Below, in pieces: positions 62,801-64,000 of a stretch of DNA of 64,000 bases; within the stretch, counting starts at the first letter, position 1, and each line of letters starts with the position of its first letter. The notes beneath the pieces were generated by a model that saw only the letters and a program-made list of their open reading frames with translations, ran no database searches and had not been told where the DNA came from. Source of the stretch: Candidatus Parcubacteria bacterium (GTDB taxonomy: Bacteria; Patescibacteriota; Minisyncoccia; Phycocordibacterales; UBA918); contig JAKFXN010000005.1 in NCBI GenBank assembly GCA_021731405.1, positions 105,892-169,891 on the forward strand, in the 5' to 3' direction. The translations under genes were made by a program, and so were the position numbers.

Positions 62801-64000
62801 AATCGCATCAACGTCAAAACCGTCAGCGTCATTTGCGTGGAGAGCTGGATTACTGGTGTCTGTTACTCGAACAAACTTAATCCAAGCATATCCAGTTCCA
62901 TCAAAATCAAAGTAGGAGATTTTGCCAGCATTGGTGTTACTTGCAATACCAACTGACTTCCACTCGATTCCGTCCTGACTTACTTCTACAGTAGCTGTTT
63001 CTGCTGGATATGTCCCGTTAGTAGCTTCATGTACCGCGATATCGTTGCCAGCTACATTTGGTACATAGGTGTCAAATTCTACAGTCACAAACCCACCAAA
63101 TCCAAGGGCGAAGAAGCCTGTTGAACCATTATTAACCCAATCAGAAGCGCCGAGCACAGCTTCATCATCTGTACGATTTGGGTCAGTTATAGCTGAACCA
63201 TTCTTTTTTAGCTTTTGATCACTTTCCACGACACTTCCTGCCCAGTCACCATTTGGCATATCTTCACAAGGTGGAACATATTCGTTTGTGAATACACAAC
63301 GCTTGTCATCTGTGTCAGGAACCTGCACAAAAGTAATAATGGAGTCCACAACTTCACGACCAAAGAAGACACATTGTTCAGTTACTTCATCCTCAGAGTT
63401 AACGTAACCATTTTCTACACTTACATCAACTTGCTCCCAATCTTTCTGTATTTCTTCATTTACCGTCCATGGGCCATCATTTGGATTTACCATTTGTGAC
63501 ACACAACCGTCTTTTTCTGTTTCAAGTGTGTATGAAATATCTCCATTTGAAAGTGTCATTTCCCAACCTTCTATTGATGCTTTTAGTGCGTCATACTTAC
63601 ATATTTCAATTTCCTCAAGTACGGGTACATTCCAAGCTACACAGTGATAGGTCTTGTCTACTTGTACCTTTGAAATCCATTCGAGATTATCGTAACCAGC
63701 CGCATCATCGGCACAATAAATTTCAGCAGAAACATTTCCACCTTCACTACCTACAAATGGAATATAGTCATCGCTCCAAACTTCTCGCACTGAAATAGTT
63801 GGCTTATTGCCTACGATATTCTCAGAGAGAGTAATAACTACATTTCCATTCTCGTCAGTATAGTCTGACGTTAACCACGGCGAATTGAGCTCCCCAGCGT
63901 TATCTGGAGACGAACCATTTGACTGGCCATTCTTAGCCCATTGAAACTTAAAATCCTCTACTGGTGAACAATCTCCTTGGTGTTGCGCAAGGAAACTTGC
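59879..64000 (-). CDS. Large (over 1370 aa) surface protein, partial, with the 5' end beyond the right window edge. It has a Cna-B/SdrD-B-like domain and a C-terminal hydrophobic segment plus RRRD tail, so it is a putative sortase substrate.
   Basis: The frame remains open upstream of the track start (63790 is a GTG). Manual translation of 63794-63850 shows no stop. Cna-B-like LEGYVWHDDNKNTEWEQG...LAGWTVKATKGATTHTATTDENGYYSFVVTEGTWEI...PDGW. C-terminus ...AVPYGAPGTGHGGSAATSGLTLLQLLFVQRRRDVA. Confidence 0.65.
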   Translation of the reverse strand, partial: ASFLAQHQGDCSPVEDFKFQWAKNGQSNGSSPDNAGELNSPWLTSDYTDENGNVVITLSENIVGNKPTISVREVWSDDYIPFVGSEGGNVSAEIYCADDAAGYDNLEWISKVQVDKTYHCVAWNVPVLEEIEICKYDALKASIEGWEMTLSNGDISYTLETEKDGCVSQMVNPNDGPWTVNEEIQKDWEQVDVSVENGYVNSEDEVTEQCVFFGREVVDSIITFVQVPDTDDKRCVFTNEYVPPCEDMPNGDWAGSVVESDQKLKKNGSAITDPNRTDDEAVLGASDWVNNGSTGFFALGFGGFVTVEFDTYVPNVAGNDIAVHEATNGTYPAETATVEVSQDGIEWKSVGIASNTNAGKISYFDFDGTGYAWIKFVRVTDTSNPALHANDADGFDVDAIAATKSVCEAPEEPKICSVTIVSDTTDTVDGAAAKLVTFIHDAWDAVVNAPSKWIWGDNPVADPVNETNQTFLKKFGWNGPVTSAILTIAADNSYEVAVNGDVAGVDATEFNYAAANTHDLTTFIDQGNNDLEVSVKNWAQANGTTQSNPAGLKYELVITGTDAECDIPYEEPKFSTVTMCKIDGNQNALSGWNLMLLGDEVDTVDVSATNGTGATVALNTGSYVAVASGTWDNNRGPLNIVDAEYSTEDNWATQMDGFTGYGTDILELQLNGVTDPNSNWGTYNSGHEYARGFNQTATGSATFAIYDTFYGDNTGSLDVTVFEGYASTTNQNGCVTFTNVPFGTYDVDEIMKDGWQNVSGLGEVTVDSETETFTVVNRPITIPTEPVATVIAHKIVCTDEAELPNWGAVNGNVISSTTAAQWVLDHKSCEFESGWQFEWAGQSASNPDNNLPTTAFYGAAGGDWTLLPATGVDGKTQVQLTAAQIAGMSNIWMREVLKDGYIPFTYGPTNATNTDSFTAEMYCHTDVFNYDNYDRVDGIAVNNTYNCVAWNHIEEPAPICQPQVNLLANGGFESPEVTNGALWDIFSTSPALAWVVEWMNGADAPEVASLELHEGVNGWTPAGGDQHAELDSDWQGPAGTSGENASVAISQTVQTIAGKEYSLSWKFSPRPNTSEYQNVLEVLVDGVVKKTNTGTGGSNTSWTADNYVFTGTGALVTVTFQDAGLGNSEGTFLDDVSLNCREPEDGDDGENDDVYRLEGYVWHDDNKNTEWEQGYEEYLEEIQLLDEYVENPLAGWTVKATKGATTHTATTDENGYYSFVVTEGTWEITQVLPDGWEQTTEPESYVVTVPDDLFTQTLVEKVFALLVPVAHAAVIGIVDDLNFGNDESEVVVTDPDPTPNGRSGGGGGTLVKKPKPSVAGDSISAPGLMPLVLGEQVTAVPYGAPGTGHGGSAATSGLTLLQLLFVQRRRDVA

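Noticed and set aside
63788-63790. Track start codon for the 59879-63790 ORF
   Set aside because: The codon is GTG, and the frame is open further upstream to the window edge with no stop in 63794-63850 on manual translation. The gene is most likely 5'-truncated by the window, so I reported 59879-64000 as partial.
1-64000. Possibility of an alternative genetic code (UGA as Gly, as in some CPR lineages)
   Set aside because: The 6967-codon ORF and many other long ORFs are uninterrupted under the standard code, and terminators follow TAA/TGA stops, so the standard code is adequate.
1-64000. CRISPR arrays, tRNA or rRNA genes, transposases, integrases, toxin-antitoxin pairs, restriction-modification systems
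   Set aside because: I scanned all spacers over 40 nt. The only repeats found are the two structured-element families and the 44-bp direct repeats. There is no CRISPR-like regular spacing, no cloverleaf candidates and no recombinase-like ORFs.

Overview
This 64 kb window is almost entirely coding, and every gene except one small NUDIX gene lies on the minus strand. It is a cell-surface locus of a low-GC bacterium with a Gram-positive-like (monoderm) envelope, possibly a Candidate Phyla Radiation (CPR)/Patescibacteria-like organism or a Firmicute; standard genetic code, the 6967-codon ORF is uninterrupted. At its centre is one giant gene, 21769-42672, encoding 6967 aa with a signal anchor, an acidic Glu/Pro stalk, FN3-like domains, beta-propeller-like modules, three DUF2341-like/LamG-like units, long beta-helix-like tandem repeats and a C-terminal domain shared with a neighbouring 620-aa protein. 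Around it are at least four membrane-anchored cohesin-like proteins and three type-I dockerin proteins; candidate WxL-like surface proteins with DUF916-like membrane partners; a MacB/FtsX-type ABC transporter whose ATPase has an unusual 200-aa C-terminal extension; an MsbA-like ABC exporter beside three tandem secreted formylglycine-generating-enzyme (FGE)/SUMF1-family paralogs; an Hsp20; a umuD...umuC pair split by NUDIX and GH18 genes; and a CAP-domain protein, a sortase and a large putative sortase substrate. Two more very large minus-strand ORFs run off both window edges and are absent from the ORF track. The short intergenic regions hold rho-independent terminators and two families of repeated, covarying (probably structured-RNA) elements that I do not recognise as any known RNA family, one of them flanked by roughly 45-bp direct repeats. 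I found no rRNA, tRNA, CRISPR, transposase or integrase.
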